A stretch of 32,599 nucleotides of DNA, from the IMG/VR virus record IMGVR_UViG_2713896897_000010, positions 1 through 32,599 of that record. One strand, 5' to 3'. Below, piece by piece: positions 8,479-16,418 of this stretch. Source of the stretch: a virus (lineage: Duplodnaviria > Heunggongvirae > Uroviricota > Caudoviricetes). A program made the translations under genes and the position numbers. Numbering within the stretch: the first letter of the stretch is position 1; every line of letters starts with the position of its first letter. The notes under the pieces were generated by a model. It was not told where the DNA came from and searched no databases. It was given only the letters and a program-made list of their open reading frames with translations.

Positions 8479-9017
8479 TTTACCCAACAAATACAGGCAA
8501 AAGCGGGGAACACCTTCGTCTCACCACGCTGGAAAGTGTCTGGATTCAGGGAAAACTGCGCATGTGGGGGCGCTGGTCGTATATTGGCGGCGGTAAGATG
8601 GGAAATATGTTTAACCAGTTGCTGGCATCCAAAAAATTGACGAAAACAGCCGTCAATGAAGCCCTGCGCAGGATGAAAAAAGCGGGAATAGAGAAGCCGG
8701 AGCTGGAAGCATTTTTACGTGAGATGATCAACGGGAAGCAAAAGAGCTGGCTGGCGCATTGTACTGATGCAGAGGCGTTATGTATTGATCGGGTTATAAG
8801 TGAGGTGCTGACAGAACATCCGGGATTGATTAGCGTCCTTCGACAACGGTATGAGGGACGGGGGATGAGTAAGCTGAAAATGGCACAACAGTTAAATGAG
8901 TATCGCCCTGGCTGGAGCTTGAAAACTTGCAGAAATCGCATTGACGCATGGTTGAGTGTTGCTGAGCACATTCTGTATATACCAATGAAATTAGCGTTAT
9001 GCGGAGAAAGCCAATAA
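8475..9017 (+). CDS. Late-gene antiterminator Q-like protein
   Basis: 180-aa ORF immediately upstream of promoter-like element, three intrinsic terminators and the lysis cassette; assignment by synteny. Confidence 0.5.
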   Translation: MIYPTNTGKSGEHLRLTTLESVWIQGKLRMWGRWSYIGGGKMGNMFNQLLASKKLTKTAVNEALRRMKKAGIEKPELEAFLREMINGKQKSWLAHCTDAEALCIDRVISEVLTEHPGLISVLRQRYEGRGMSKLKMAQQLNEYRPGWSLKTCRNRIDAWLSVAEHILYIPMKLALCGESQ

Positions 9018-9025
9018 AAAAGTTA

Positions 9026-9054
9026 TTGCATTTTTGCCAATAAACTGATTCAAT
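9026..9054 (+). promoter_or_regulatory. Candidate late promoter (PR'-like): TTGCAT-17 nt-TTCAAT
   Basis: -35-like TTGCAT at 9026-9031, 17-nt spacer, weak -10 at 9049-9054; location just downstream of Q-like gene. Confidence 0.3.
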
Positions 9055-9114
9055 TCAGCTACGCTTCGCAAAGCTGTATCGCGAGGCGAACCAAGTGCAA
9101 TTGAACTTTAATAG

Positions 9115-9140
9115 AACCCGCCACCGAGCGGGTTTTGTTG
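9115..9140 (+). terminator. Intrinsic terminator (tR'-like) 1
   Basis: ACCCGC-caccga-GCGGGT hairpin followed by TTTTGTTGTTT. Confidence 0.55.
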
Positions 9141-9366
9141 TTTCTGACGGATAGAAAAATGAAATAGCTAAATAAAAAGAATTCATTGGATGCCATATTT
9201 TGGCAACGTGACGACAGCGTTAATCTGGTCGGGCTCCCATGGCGACGTAGTGAAGGAGAGGAAGCGTAAAGCATCACTGAGTTACGGTTGGCACCCGGTT
9301 TAACGCGTAAGTAGCCTGATAAAGAGATAGTGCACCGCGGCACTAACAGCGGCAACGATTAACTGA

Positions 9367-9390
9367 CCTCGGCATTTGCCGGGGTTTTTT
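9367..9390 (+). terminator. Intrinsic terminator 2
   Basis: CCTCGGC-attt-GCCGGGG hairpin (one G-U) followed by TTTTTT. Confidence 0.6.
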
Positions 9391-9442
9391 ATTTAAGGCC
9401 GCAGACAGGCCCATTTAGTGCAACGCCTTTCCCCGTTTCCGC

Positions 9443-9466
9443 TCCCGGAATATTCGGGGATTTTTT
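9443..9466 (+). terminator. Intrinsic terminator 3
   Basis: tCCCgGAAT/ATTCgGGGa near-palindromic hairpin with one mismatch, followed by TTTTTT. Confidence 0.45.
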
Positions 9467-9490
9467 ATTCCCTCAATTTGCACCCGCGAT

Positions 9491-9850
9491 ATGTGCGAGG
9501 TGAGAGATGATGAAATGCCTCATAACCCAAATACCTGGCCGGACTGGCTGAAGTTGTTTCAGAGCTGGTGGCGTGGAGATACACCGCTGGGTGCAGTGAT
9601 TATGTCGATCGTTATGGCTGGTTTGCGCATCGCCTATTTTGGCGGTGGTGGGGGCTGGAAACGAAAAACGCTTGAGATTTTGCTCTGTGGTGCTCTGACG
9701 TTGACTTTTGCATCCGCGCTTGAGTATGTCGGATGGCCTAAATCACTTTCTGTTGCCATTGGTGGTGGGGTGGGGCTGATTGGTGTTGATGCTATTCGTG
9801 GTGCGGCAATGAGGGTCATCGGTAACAAGTTTGGTGCCCATAAGGAGTAA
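9491..9850 (+). CDS. Holin (class I, three predicted TM segments); alternative Met start at 9515
   Basis: 119-aa Gly-rich hydrophobic protein directly upstream of endolysin; two in-frame Met codons 8 codons apart. Confidence 0.75.
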   Translation: MCEVRDDEMPHNPNTWPDWLKLFQSWWRGDTPLGAVIMSIVMAGLRIAYFGGGGGWKRKTLEILLCGALTLTFASALEYVGWPKSLSVAIGGGVGLIGVDAIRGAAMRVIGNKFGAHKE

Positions 9851-9853
9851 TTA

Positions 9854-10330
9854 ATGCAGACACTGAATTCCCAGCGTAAAGCTTTCCTTGATATGGTGGC
9901 ATGGTCAGAAGGAACGGATAACGGACGGCAGAAAACCAGAAATCACGGTTATGATGTTATTGTCGGTGGCGAACTGTTCACTGATTACTCCGATCACCCC
10001 CGCAAACTTGTCACGCTAAATCCGAAACTCAAATCAACAGCCGCCGGACGTTACCAGCTTCTTTCACGCTGGTGGGATGCCTACCGCAAGCAACTTGGCC
10101 TGAAAGATTTTTCTCCAGAAAGTCAGGATGCTGTAGCGCTGCAGCAGATTAAAGAGCGTGGCGCATTACCGATGATTGACCGCGGCGATATTCGTCAGGC
10201 AATCGACCGTTGCAGCAATATCTGGGCTTCGTTGCCGGGCGCTGGTTACGGTCAGTATGAACATAGAATCGGTGACCTGATTGCCCGATTTAAAGAAGCT
10301 GGTGGGGTGGTAAATGAAGCTGAGATATAA
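9854..10330 (+). CDS. R: Endolysin, lambda R-like lytic transglycosylase
   Basis: NSQRKAFLDMVAWSEGTDNGRQKTRNHGYDVIVGGELFTDYSDHPRKLV... near-identical to lambda R as I recall it. Confidence 0.9.
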   Translation: MQTLNSQRKAFLDMVAWSEGTDNGRQKTRNHGYDVIVGGELFTDYSDHPRKLVTLNPKLKSTAAGRYQLLSRWWDAYRKQLGLKDFSPESQDAVALQQIKERGALPMIDRGDIRQAIDRCSNIWASLPGAGYGQYEHRIGDLIARFKEAGGVVNEAEI

Positions 10331-10706
10331 GCTGGTTATTGTTGCCTTCTTTGTTACCGTCATCGGTTCTTTTATCTGGTATGCCGGGCATTACTACAGC
10401 AAATATCAACACGAAAAGGAGCGCGCTGATGAGGCTGTACGAAATGCTGAATCAGCAACAGCCATTACCCGTAACGTCCTGCAATCACTGCAAATCATCA
10501 ACACAGTTATAGAGGCTAACCAGCATGCAAAACAGCAGATCGCACTGGAGTCACAGAGAATCCAGAAAGATATCAAAGTGGCTGTTGCGGATGATGATTG
10601 CGCTGTTCGTATCGTTCCTTCTGGCGCAGTTAAGCGGTTGCACGAATACGCGAACGGTATACGTGTCGGTGCCGGTGGTTCCGTTACCAGCCAGTCTGAC
10701 GGCTGA
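10314..10706 (+). CDS. i-spanin (Rz-like), N-terminal TM anchor
   Basis: 130-aa ORF overlapping end of R, N-terminal hydrophobic segment, embedded o-spanin frame. Confidence 0.7.
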   Translation: MKLRYKLVIVAFFVTVIGSFIWYAGHYYSKYQHEKERADEAVRNAESATAITRNVLQSLQIINTVIEANQHAKQQIALESQRIQKDIKVAVADDDCAVRIVPSGAVKRLHEYANGIRVGAGGSVTSQSDG

Positions 10707-10869
10707 AACACCCCAGCCAGATTTACCCGACCCGTTTACGTGGGGGGCAAGCCTTAACCTGAATGTTGCATTGTTGTCAGCGTTAGCACAGTGCAACAGG
10801 GATAAGGCTGATATCAGGACTTTTGAGAAAAACAGGGCAGCACAAACCAATGGCACGATTAAACGTTGA
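10591..10869 (+). CDS. o-spanin (Rz1-like) lipoprotein, overlapping Rz in +1 frame and extending beyond it; start uncertain (possibly TTG at 10585)
   Basis: MMIALFVSFLLAQLSGC lipobox (L-S-G-C), Pro-rich mature region. Confidence 0.6.
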   Translation: MMIALFVSFLLAQLSGCTNTRTVYVSVPVVPLPASLTAETPQPDLPDPFTWGASLNLNVALLSALAQCNRDKADIRTFEKNRAAQTNGTIKR

Positions 10870-11154
10870 AGTTATCCCACCAGACAGCGAAACGATGAAC
10901 GGGATTTTTTGCAGTGATTGAATGTAAATATGCGCATTAGCCGATGACGCCAAAAGTTATCGATGAAATGCAACGCGAAGCAGCGCGTCTTGTACGGCGA
11001 GCGACAAATACAAAGGTTACGTTCGTTCTGGACTGACATTACAGAAGCTCCTTTGATAGGGGGCTTCGATAATGTCAAAGCTCGTTATCTGCACCCGCCG
11101 CGCACCCTGCGCACTGGCCGATAGCGGGCTTTTTTATTAATAAAGCGAGGCTGT

Positions 11155-11934
11155 ATGAGCGAGAAATTGAAGATCGTCTATCGCCCGTTACAAGAGCTGT
11201 CTCTGTATGCACACAATGCCAGGACACACAGCCCTGAGCAGGTGACGCAACTGGTAGAAAGCATTAAGCAATTTGGCTGGACTAATCCGGTGCTGATTGA
11301 TGAAAAGGGCGAAGTTATTGCGGGTCACGGTCGCGTTATGGCGGCTGAAGTGCTCAAAATGGATTTCGTTCCGGTCATCGTTCTGTCTGGTCTGACGGAT
11401 GATCAGAAAAAGGCGTACCGTCTGGCAGATAATCGCCTGCCGATGAATGCTGGCTGGGATGAAGATCTGTTACGGATGGAGCTGTCGGACCTAATTAATG
11501 CTGATTTTGATGTCTCCCTGACAGGCTTCAGCCCGACAGAAATTGATGAACTGTTGACGGATATTTTGCCTGGTACAGGAAATGAGGAGGAGCCGTATAC
11601 GACGAAAATTGATACGCCTGTTTATGAGCCGTCAGGCGATAAACCGGATATCTGTGAACTGTACGACGATACGAAAACTCAGGAGCTGATCAGCCGGATA
11701 CGTTCGGTGTCCCTTGATCCTGATATTGAGAAATTCCTTCTGTGCGCGGCAGAACGTCACACGGTGTTTAATTTCAGCAGAATCGCGGACTATTACGCTC
11801 ACGCCCCCGCTGAAATTCAGAGCTTTTTTGAGGAATCGGCTCTGGTGATCATTGATTATCAGCAGGCAATTGAAAATGGGTTTGTCAGGATGACGCAGCG
11901 CATGGTGGAGATCATGCATGGCGAGGAGGAGTAA
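11155..11934 (+). CDS. ParB/Srx-like nuclease-domain protein
   Basis: N-terminal KIVYRPLQELSLYAHNARTHSPEQVTQLVESIKQFGWTNPVLIDEKGEVIAGHGRVMAA resembles ParB N-terminal (ParBc) domain. Confidence 0.65.
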   Translation: MSEKLKIVYRPLQELSLYAHNARTHSPEQVTQLVESIKQFGWTNPVLIDEKGEVIAGHGRVMAAEVLKMDFVPVIVLSGLTDDQKKAYRLADNRLPMNAGWDEDLLRMELSDLINADFDVSLTGFSPTEIDELLTDILPGTGNEEEPYTTKIDTPVYEPSGDKPDICELYDDTKTQELISRIRSVSLDPDIEKFLLCAAERHTVFNFSRIADYYAHAPAEIQSFFEESALVIIDYQQAIENGFVRMTQRMVEIMHGEEE

Positions 11935-11935
11935 T

Positions 11936-12868
11936 ATGCGTGATGATTTTTGCGCCTTTATTCTGACTCACGGGCGACCGGACAAAGTTCTGACTTACCG
12001 GACGTTGCGTCGTGCTGGCTATACCGGGAAAATTTTTATCGTTGTTGATGATGAAGATAAAACCCGGCATCAGTACGTAGCAGAATTTGGTGAACAGGTG
12101 CTGGTGTTTTCCAAAGCCGATATCGCCAGTCGTTTTGACGAAGCCGACAACTTTGGCGATCGACGTTCAATCTTTTATGCCAGGAATGCCTGTCTGGGCC
12201 TGGCAAAAAAGGTTGGGTGTAAATACTACATCCAGCTTGATGACGACTATCACGAGTTTCAGTTTCGGGTAGATCGCAACTATGACCAGGCTTATTTTCC
12301 GATAAGGAAACTGGACTCGATCCTTTCTGAAATGCTGGCGTATTACGAATCAATTCCTGCGCTTTCCATCGCTATGGCGCAGGGGGGGGACTTTCTTGGT
12401 GATAATGGTGGTCATTCTGCATGGGTGAAACGCAAAGCAATGAACAGCTTTATTTGTTCTGTTGACCGACCATTCTCATTTATGGGGCGTATTAACGAGG
12501 ATGTGAATACATACACGAATCTCGGTCGTCGTGGTGAATTGTTTTTGACGATTGGCGCTGTCCAGTTAGGGCAGAAGCAAACGCAGAAAAACAGCGGCGG
12601 AATGACCGAACTGTATCTGGATTCCGGCACCTACGTTAAAAGTTTTTACTCCGTCATGTATGCGCCGTCGTGCGTAAAAATCTCACTGATGGGCGCCAGC
12701 CATAAACGCATTCACCATCAGGTCACCTGGAACAACGCTGCAGTAAAAATCCTTCACGAAAAATACAGGAAGAAGACACCCTGCATATCAATGGGGGTGA
12801 TAAATGATTCCGTATTCGAAAGTCGAGTCTCTGGCAGCGTGCCGGATGACTGCACAACAAATCGCTGA
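11936..12868 (+). CDS. GT-A-fold (GT2-like) nucleotide-sugar glycosyltransferase-like protein, no obvious TM segment
   Basis: ATG with GGAGGAG upstream; FILTHGRPDKVLTYRTLRRAGYTGKIFIVVDDEDK resembles GT2 N-terminal motifs; YYIQLDDDYHEF is a DXD-type motif. Confidence 0.45.
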   Translation: MRDDFCAFILTHGRPDKVLTYRTLRRAGYTGKIFIVVDDEDKTRHQYVAEFGEQVLVFSKADIASRFDEADNFGDRRSIFYARNACLGLAKKVGCKYYIQLDDDYHEFQFRVDRNYDQAYFPIRKLDSILSEMLAYYESIPALSIAMAQGGDFLGDNGGHSAWVKRKAMNSFICSVDRPFSFMGRINEDVNTYTNLGRRGELFLTIGAVQLGQKQTQKNSGGMTELYLDSGTYVKSFYSVMYAPSCVKISLMGASHKRIHHQVTWNNAAVKILHEKYRKKTPCISMGVINDSVFESRVSGSVPDDCTTNR

Positions 12869-13055
12869 CGTTCTGGATGTTGATCTGAACAGACTGAAAG
12901 AAAATCGGGAAGCAATGACAAATTTTTATGCGTCCATCCGTAAGGGCAGAGCGAAAGGTGAAGCCGAGCTACGGGCGGCATTGTTTAAGCTTGCCAGAAA
13001 AGGGGATGCCTTTGCTCTGCGTGCATTACTCAGGGTGGATAAAAATCAGGACTAA
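12804..13055 (+). CDS. Hypothetical small helix-turn-helix-like protein upstream of small terminase
   Basis: 83-aa ORF; overlaps 3' end of previous gene so true start may be internal (Met near 12846). Confidence 0.4.
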   Translation: MIPYSKVESLAACRMTAQQIADVLDVDLNRLKENREAMTNFYASIRKGRAKGEAELRAALFKLARKGDAFALRALLRVDKNQD

Positions 13056-13058
13056 CTG

Positions 13059-14126
13059 ATGAGCAGACCGGACTGGGGGGCGTTGCAGCAGGAATATATT
13101 GCTGAATACACCCGCTCCGGTGTATCTCCGGTGGCGTGGTGTGAAGCAAAGGGACTGAATTACGCAACAGCCCGTCGTTACATCAAGAAACCTCCGAAAA
13201 ATGCGCAGACAGAAGTGCGCAAAACTGCGCAGACTGCGCAAAAGCAAAACGGAAAATCTCAGAAAAAAAAGACTGTATCCGATGCACTCCTGATTGAGGA
13301 GGACACGGAAGAAATTTCGTTCTGCCCCGATGAATTCGGTATTTCTGACCAGCAGGCAAAATTCGCCATGTTGGTTGCTCAGGGGAAAAAGCCGACAGAG
13401 GCATACCGCCTGGCTGGTTACGAGGGGCAAGGTGCGACAGCAAACAGCAATGCCAGTCGTATGCTTAGAAATGCCAGGGTTTTTCGTGCCATCAGCTACT
13501 TTCGCAATCATTACCAGAAACGCTATACCGCAGACCTGGATTTACTGGTGAGTCAGTTGATGGCCATCGTGCAGGCTGATCCCAATCAGCTTGCGCAATT
13601 TCGCCGTGTTAACTGTCGCTATTGCTGGGGGGATAATCACCTCTATCAGTGGCGCGATATAGCAGAATTTGACAGGGCTGCCGCGCAGGCATCCAAAGAT
13701 GGTAAACCAGAACCTGAATATGGTGGCCTCGGTTTCGTTGATAGCGCCATACCAAATCCAGACTGTCCGAAATGCGGTGGAGAAGGTACAGGTCAGCTTT
13801 ATATGGCTGATACCACTTTGCTTGATGGAAATGCGCGGCAATTGTATGCAGGAGCAAAGCTCGGAAAATTCGGCGTTGAGATCCTGCTGGAGAATAAAGC
13901 TGCCGCCCGGCGTGAATTATTGCGTTTGCTTTCCGCTGGCGGGGCATTATGTGCAGATAAGCGACTACAGGAACTGGAAATTGAACGGCGCAGAATGGAA
14001 AACCAGAAACTGCGCAAAGAGATCGAAACGGTGGAGGGTAATGAACATCCCCAGCCTGTGGCGATCAATATTAATGTGGTTGATGCCAGAGTGAGGAGTG
14101 ATGAAGATGATCTCTCCGACGCTTAA
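13059..14126 (+). CDS. Terminase small subunit (Terminase_2/P27-like core with N-terminal HTH and C-terminal Cys-rich region)
   Basis: DQQAKFAMLVAQGKKPTEAYRLAGYEGQGATANSNASRMLRNARVFRAISYF matches small-terminase core pattern; directly upstream of terL. Confidence 0.7.
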   Translation: MSRPDWGALQQEYIAEYTRSGVSPVAWCEAKGLNYATARRYIKKPPKNAQTEVRKTAQTAQKQNGKSQKKKTVSDALLIEEDTEEISFCPDEFGISDQQAKFAMLVAQGKKPTEAYRLAGYEGQGATANSNASRMLRNARVFRAISYFRNHYQKRYTADLDLLVSQLMAIVQADPNQLAQFRRVNCRYCWGDNHLYQWRDIAEFDRAAAQASKDGKPEPEYGGLGFVDSAIPNPDCPKCGGEGTGQLYMADTTLLDGNARQLYAGAKLGKFGVEILLENKAAARRELLRLLSAGGALCADKRLQELEIERRRMENQKLRKEIETVEGNEHPQPVAININVVDARVRSDEDDLSDA

Positions 14127-16416
14127 TGTGCCTCAGGCGCGATTTCTTTCTATGCCTCATAAATTTAAAGCCTATGTTGCTGGTTTTGGTTGCCTGAGGG
14201 GAAGTACGCCTGTGGTTACAGAGAATGGGATTCTACCCATTCAGGAAATAACTCGACCAATGCGCGTTTTATCTTGGTCGGATGAGAATAATCGATTTGA
14301 GCTTTCGCTAAGTGGTGGTGCGTACCCAAAAGGTGTGGCGAATCTATACCGAGTAGTGACGCAGCGAGGAGAATTTGTAGCAAGCGGACATCACTGCGTT
14401 TTTTGCGCTGACGGTAGCTATCGATCTGTGGATAGTCTGGACGAATCGGTGAAGGTATTTGCATCTTCGCAAAACTTTCTTCTGACCAGTTTGGCCGCCG
14501 TCCCGAAATCGTTGCACGCAGGTGATCCACGTTTGAATCAAAAACTCGCAGATTACTTGGGTTGTTATGCAGATGAAGCCCGTCGATATGGTCAACAACT
14601 TCTGATGGCAGCAGATAACGCCCCAGCTTCTTTTCAGCGATCAAACGATGTTCAAACATCATGCCTGTTCTGCGCATATATGGATGGTCAGCAGGCGCTG
14701 GAACAACGGCATATCCATCCAGATCAACAATTCGACCACCACGAAAGCTGGGGTTCAACTCACCCTTTCTGGCTCCACGGGGGAGCCGGTTGGCGTTGTG
14801 AATTCGGAGAATATTTTGAACGTGCTTTTCTGTGCAACCAACTTCCGCTGCGATCTCTGCCGACGTACGGTGACCATCAGCAAGAGCGAGGATTCTGTCC
14901 TTCGCACTTTCTCGAGGGGCAGGCTTCTGGCGTTGTTTCAGCGTTAACCCATAACGAGATATGCAACGATAAACATGACTGCGGTCACAACCTGCCAGAG
15001 AAGCAACTTCTGAAACGGTACGTTCTGGATGTGTTAAATCACAAATTAAATGGTCAAGAGGCGTCAAAGCCAAACTCCTTAATCGAAACCTGCAACATAT
15101 TGAGTGTAAAACTGTTGCAGGAGGCCGAGCCATATTATGACCTCCAGGTATTGGATAATAACTGCTACGTAACTGCTGATGGGACGATTCATCACAATAG
15201 CGGTAAAACATGGGTTGGGTGTGGTGGCATATGTAAGGGGATTTGGGAGCATCCGGGTATCAATCAGGGATATTTTGCGCCTACATATCCACAAATTCGC
15301 GATATTTTTTATCCTACAGTTGAAGAAGTTGCTGCCGACTGGGGGCTAAATGTAAAAATTAACGAGGGAAATAAAGAAGTTCATTTTTATTACGGACGTC
15401 AGTATCGGGGAACCACTATCTGCAGATCGATGGAGAAGCCGCAAACGATCGTCGGTTTCAAAATTGGTAATGCGCTGGTGGATGAACTGGACATTTTGCC
15501 GAAGGAAAAAGCCAGAACAGCGTGGCGCAAGATAATTGCGCGTATGCGTTATAAGGTTGATGGACTTCGCAACGGTATTGACGTTACAACCACGCCGGAA
15601 GGATTCAAATTTGTCTATGAGCAGTTTGTTAAAGCCGTACGTGAAAAAACAGAGCTGGCCTCACTGTATGGTCTGGTGCAGGCATCTACTTTCGATAATG
15701 AAAAGAATCTGCCAGCAGATTACATTCCCTCGCTCCTTGAGTCATATCCTCCAGAGCTGATTAAAGCCTATCTTCGAGGACAGTTTACTAACTTGACAAG
15801 TGGTACTGTTTACCATCAGTTTGACCGAAAACTGAATAATTGCGAAGAAGAGGAACAGCCAGGTGAGCCGATATATATCGGGATGGATTTTAACGTCGGA
15901 AAAATGGCTGGAGTCGTTCATGTGTTACGTTTTGGGCTTCCATGCGCAGTAACTGAAATCATTAACGCTTACGATACACCAGATATGATCCGTATTATTA
16001 AAGAGCGCTTCTGGTTATATGACGGGAATGATTATCGGAAAGTAAGGGAAATTTATATTTATCCTGATGCATCCGGGGATTCCAGAAAATCAAATAACGC
16101 AAGTGCGACGGATATTGCTCAGCTTAAACAGGCTGGTTTTAACGTTGTTGTAAACAGTTCGAATCCGCCAGTAAAAGATCGCGTTAACTCAATGAATGCA
16201 ATGTTCTGCAATGCCAATGGTGAGCGTCGCTATAAAGTTAATGTGAAGCGTTGTCCGGTATATGCCGAATCTCTGGAGCAACAGGTCTGGGATGACAAGG
16301 GTGAGCCTGATAAAAAATCTGGCAACGATCACCCGAATGATGCCGGAGGTTATTTTATTGTTAAGCAATTCCCTATTGTCAAACCGACCGGAAGAGTTAC
16401 ATCACTTCGGATTTAA
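14098..16416 (+). CDS. Terminase large subunit precursor containing an intein in the Walker A P-loop
   Basis: Exteins AYVAGFG | SGKTWVGCGG reconstitute a Walker A motif (GFGSGKT); Walker B-like IVGFKIGNALVDELD; 772-aa precursor, about 436 aa after splicing. Confidence 0.85.
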   Translation: MMKMISPTLNVPQARFLSMPHKFKAYVAGFGCLRGSTPVVTENGILPIQEITRPMRVLSWSDENNRFELSLSGGAYPKGVANLYRVVTQRGEFVASGHHCVFCADGSYRSVDSLDESVKVFASSQNFLLTSLAAVPKSLHAGDPRLNQKLADYLGCYADEARRYGQQLLMAADNAPASFQRSNDVQTSCLFCAYMDGQQALEQRHIHPDQQFDHHESWGSTHPFWLHGGAGWRCEFGEYFERAFLCNQLPLRSLPTYGDHQQERGFCPSHFLEGQASGVVSALTHNEICNDKHDCGHNLPEKQLLKRYVLDVLNHKLNGQEASKPNSLIETCNILSVKLLQEAEPYYDLQVLDNNCYVTADGTIHHNSGKTWVGCGGICKGIWEHPGINQGYFAPTYPQIRDIFYPTVEEVAADWGLNVKINEGNKEVHFYYGRQYRGTTICRSMEKPQTIVGFKIGNALVDELDILPKEKARTAWRKIIARMRYKVDGLRNGIDVTTTPEGFKFVYEQFVKAVREKTELASLYGLVQASTFDNEKNLPADYIPSLLESYPPELIKAYLRGQFTNLTSGTVYHQFDRKLNNCEEEEQPGEPIYIGMDFNVGKMAGVVHVLRFGLPCAVTEIINAYDTPDMIRIIKERFWLYDGNDYRKVREIYIYPDASGDSRKSNNASATDIAQLKQAGFNVVVNSSNPPVKDRVNSMNAMFCNANGERRYKVNVKRCPVYAESLEQQVWDDKGEPDKKSGNDHPNDAGGYFIVKQFPIVKPTGRVTSLRI
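14191..15198 (+). mobile_element. Intein (336 aa) inserted in the terminase P-loop
   Basis: Begins with Cys (CLRGSTPVVTENGILPIQEI, block A-like), block B-like GEFVASGHHCVF..DGSYRSVDSL, C-terminal YYDLQVLDNNCYVTADGTIHHN followed by +1 Ser. Confidence 0.8.
14216..15133 (-). CDS. HNH (HNH_3-type) endonuclease with two N-terminal HTH motifs, encoded antisense inside the intein
   Basis: Minus-strand translation gives ...RGGRIVDLDGYAVV...EVVDHIDGLHLHNNPSNLRVFDSNVDHL (verified by hand at nt 14521-14600); GGAGG 7 nt upstream of ATG at 15133; ORF tool start is 15211. Confidence 0.7.
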   Translation of the reverse strand: MARPPATVLHSICCRFRLRSLALTPLDHLICDLTHPERTVSEVASLAGCDRSHVYRCISRYGLTLKQRQKPAPRESAKDRILALADGHRTSAEIAAEVGCTEKHVQNILRIHNANRLPRGARKGELNPSFRGGRIVDLDGYAVVPAPADHPYMRRTGMMFEHRLIAEKKLGRYLLPSEVVDHIDGLHLHNNPSNLRVFDSNVDHLRATISGRRPNWSEESFAKMQIPSPIRPDYPQIDSYRQRKKRSDVRLLQILLAASLLGIDSPHLLGTHHHLAKAQIDYSHPTKIKRALVELFPEWVESHSL

Positions 16417-16418
16417 TT

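Noticed and set aside
9059-9355. 98-aa minus-strand ORF, and possible tRNA genes between Q and the holin
   Set aside because: The ORF lies across the promoter/terminator region with no RBS or motifs; no tRNA-like cloverleaf or T-loop (GTTCGAATC-like) sequence is visible.
10872-11078. 68-aa minus-strand ORF in the Rz1 to ParB intergenic region
   Set aside because: No RBS and no motif; the region more likely holds regulatory or terminator sequence.
13026-13511. 161-aa minus-strand ORF
   Set aside because: Antisense to the small terminase gene; no RBS or recognisable domain.
14191-15198. Endonuclease domain in the forward (sense) frame of the intein
   Set aside because: Looked for LAGLIDADG or HNH motifs in the sense-strand middle region and found none; the recognisable HNH_3 motif is on the antisense strand.
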